A stretch of DNA of 64,000 nucleotides from Eledone cirrhosa (Eukaryota): assembly GCA_964016885.1 (NCBI GenBank), contig OZ024751.1, forward strand, positions 30,752,001 to 30,816,000, read 5' to 3'. The translations under genes were made by a program, and so were the position numbers. Of the stretch, positions 61,735 to 64,000 are shown piece after piece. The notes beneath the pieces are model-generated. The model had not been told where the DNA came from and searched no databases. It was given only the letters and a program-made list of their open reading frames with translations. Within the stretch, counting starts at the first letter, position 1; each line of letters begins with the position of its first letter.

Positions 61735-64000
61735 CTCTTTCATTATTGTTTCTGAGATATATGCCGAGTGTCTTCCTGACACATAGGGCAAATAAATTCA
61801 GTGTACATTGGTAAGCTAGTTAATACAGCACATTGATTATAATTTAAACAACAACAAAAAAAAACAGTATACATATATATACACATGTGCATATGCATAT
61901 GTAAATACAAGGAGGGATATCAATCTTACAGAGACAGTGCTCTTCTCAATACGTGTGCAGTACCAGTTAAAACAATTTTTTGCACCTCGTGCAGAGAGCG
62001 TAAACCAGGAATCATTCACAAATATTGTTCTGTTCCCTTCTTGGTCATTCCCAGTCCTCCCACAATCACTGGTATTGTAACGGCCTTGAGGTGCCACATT
62101 TTCTCAATTTCAATAAGCAGATATTTATATTTTTCGTAGCTTGTCAAATCTTTTGCCGCGATATTGTGATCAGATGGGATGCTCATATCTATCAATAAAC
62201 AGACCTTGTTATGTTGATCTTTTACAATGATGTCAGGTATATTTGCTTTTATGGTCCTGTCAGTATGTACAGGAAAGTCCCAGAGAATTGTTACTTTTTC
62301 TCCTTCAGTTACAGCCTCAGGGTGATGGTTGTACCACTTGTCTTCAGCTTTGATTTTGTAATGCCGACATATTACCCAGTGTAGATATTGGCCAATCTGT
62401 CATGTCTATATTTGTATTCTACTGGTCCTAAAACTTTACATCTAGAGACTAAGTGATCCACTGTTTCAACCCCAGCATTGAAGAATCGGCACTTTGGGTT
62501 TATTCCGTTTTTCATCACATTGGCTTGGTAATTACGAGTCAATAAGATTTGGTCTTGGGCAGCTAAGATGAAGCCTTCACTCTCCGCCTTTAACTCTGAA
62601 CTACGTAGCCACTGATGGGTGTGCTTTTGGTCAACATCAGCTTGTTTGCTACGGGCCACATATTTGCCATGCAGAGGTTTCTGCTCCCAATTTGATGCTA
62701 ATTGTCCTTGCCTTTTTGCTTTTGCCAGTGATTTTATGTGCCTAGCAGCATCAGTTGCAACAGTTTCTTTAGTTTGTCCAGCCTGGGTATCAAGCATGAG
62801 ATCAGTAGCATATTTTTTGTTCTCCTTCAAGTTAGAATGAAGCTTCTTACTTCTCTCATGCTTTTCAACAAGCTTCAGCATACAGTCGTTAGTTGTTTCA
62901 AGGTATTTGGCCAGTCCAATGATGGTGGTCTTGTAAGCAAGTTCAAATTGGATCAGGCCCCGGCCTCCCTGAGTTCTAGGAAGGTAAAGACGATCCACAT
63001 CTGCTTTTGGGTGTTGCATCCTATTACAGGTCAGTAGCTTACGGACTTTGGTGTCGATTCTTTTGATTTCACTCATATTCCAGTTCAACACACCGAAGCT
63101 ATAAGTGACAACTGGGACTGCTAAGGAATTTATGGCTAGCACATCTTTACGAGCGTTTAGTTCTGATCTCAGAACTGCACGTACTCTCCTGTAACATTCT
63201 TTACTTATCCTCTCTTTCATACTTGCATGCTGTATGCCAGAGCCCTCATTAATCCCTAAGTATTTATAGGTTTGTTCCCTCTCAAGTTCCTTTATGATCG
63301 TTTCAGCATCCAATTCAACTGAGTCTGAGTTGACAAGCTTCCCCTTCTTGAAAGTGGTTTTTACACACTTGTCAAGTCCAAACTCCATCCTGATGTCATC
63401 GCTAAACGTTTTTACTGTCCGCAAAAGGCCTTCCAGTTCGTCATTATCTTTGCAATATAGCTTCAAATCATCCATATATAATAGGTGGCTTATTTTTTGT
63501 TGTCAATTCTATAACCGTACCCTGTTCTATTAAGCTCGGATGTAAGGGGTATTAAAGCTATGCAGAAAAGCAAGGGTGAAAGTGAGTCACCCTGGAATAT
63601 ACCACAGTTGATGATTATATTCCCAGAGCACAGTACCCCAGTGGAATGAGACAATTGGCGATTTTTGTTCCATAATGACATATTGTACTTCAGGAAGTTT
63701 GAGATCACAGGGGAGATTTTGAAGATGTCCAGTTATTTCAGAATCCATGAGTGTGGTATGCTGTCAAAGGCTTTTTTATAATCGATCCATGCAGAACTGA
63801 GATTTCTGTGTTTATTATGACAGTTCTCAAGGATCATAAGATTAATCAAAAGTTGATCTTTGCAACCATATGAACCTCGTCGGCACCCTTTTTGTTCAAT
63901 GGGGAAAAGATTGTTCTCCTCCAAAAACACGTTTGCTTTTTCCATGAGAATAGAGGTTAATAGTTTATAAGTGGTGGACAAGCATGTTATGGGCCGATAG
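61735..64000 (-). mobile_element. R4/Dong-clade non-LTR retrotransposon, 3' part (RT + CCHC + restriction-like endonuclease)
   Basis: The 3' end abuts an (AAT)n/(AAC)n tract; the element continues beyond the window. Confidence 0.88.
61922..64000 (-). pseudogene. Frameshifted RT/RLE ORF of the R4/Dong LINE
   Basis: Motifs EQKGCRRGSYGCKDQL, WIDYKKAFDSIPH, GIFQGDSLSPLLF, YMDDLKLY, YKYLG, RLYLPRTQGGRGL, ETVDHLVSRC, RHD, WDFPVHTD..PDII, KYKYL. Several stops and frameshifts. Confidence 0.92.

Overview
This is non-coding-dominated animal (eukaryotic) DNA. The SINE types and extreme (TA)n/(CA)n/(GA)n content suggest a coleoid cephalopod such as octopus (inference). Nearly all ORFs in the track are microsatellite artefacts. 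Real protein homology is limited to retro/transposon remnants: an internally deleted RTE LINE (5.8-7.5 kb), an R4/Dong-type LINE (61.7-64 kb), mariner, CRE-clade and RTE fragments. There is also a possible chain of three small minus-strand host exons (24.7 kb, 11.2 kb, 1.2 kb). The main unexplained structure is about 15 type-I hammerhead-ribozyme motifs (CUGANGA / stem II / GAAA / palindromic stem III / UH / stem I) from roughly 8-9 unrelated sequence families. They sit in short non-coding modules that end at (TA)n tracts and are repeatedly arranged as near-perfect fold-back inverted repeats, which matches Penelope-like pseudo-LTR or retrozyme-type insertions. Also present are two tRNA-derived SINE families, hAT and mariner MITEs, and several minisatellites. 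All structures were read by eye; no folding or database searches were run.
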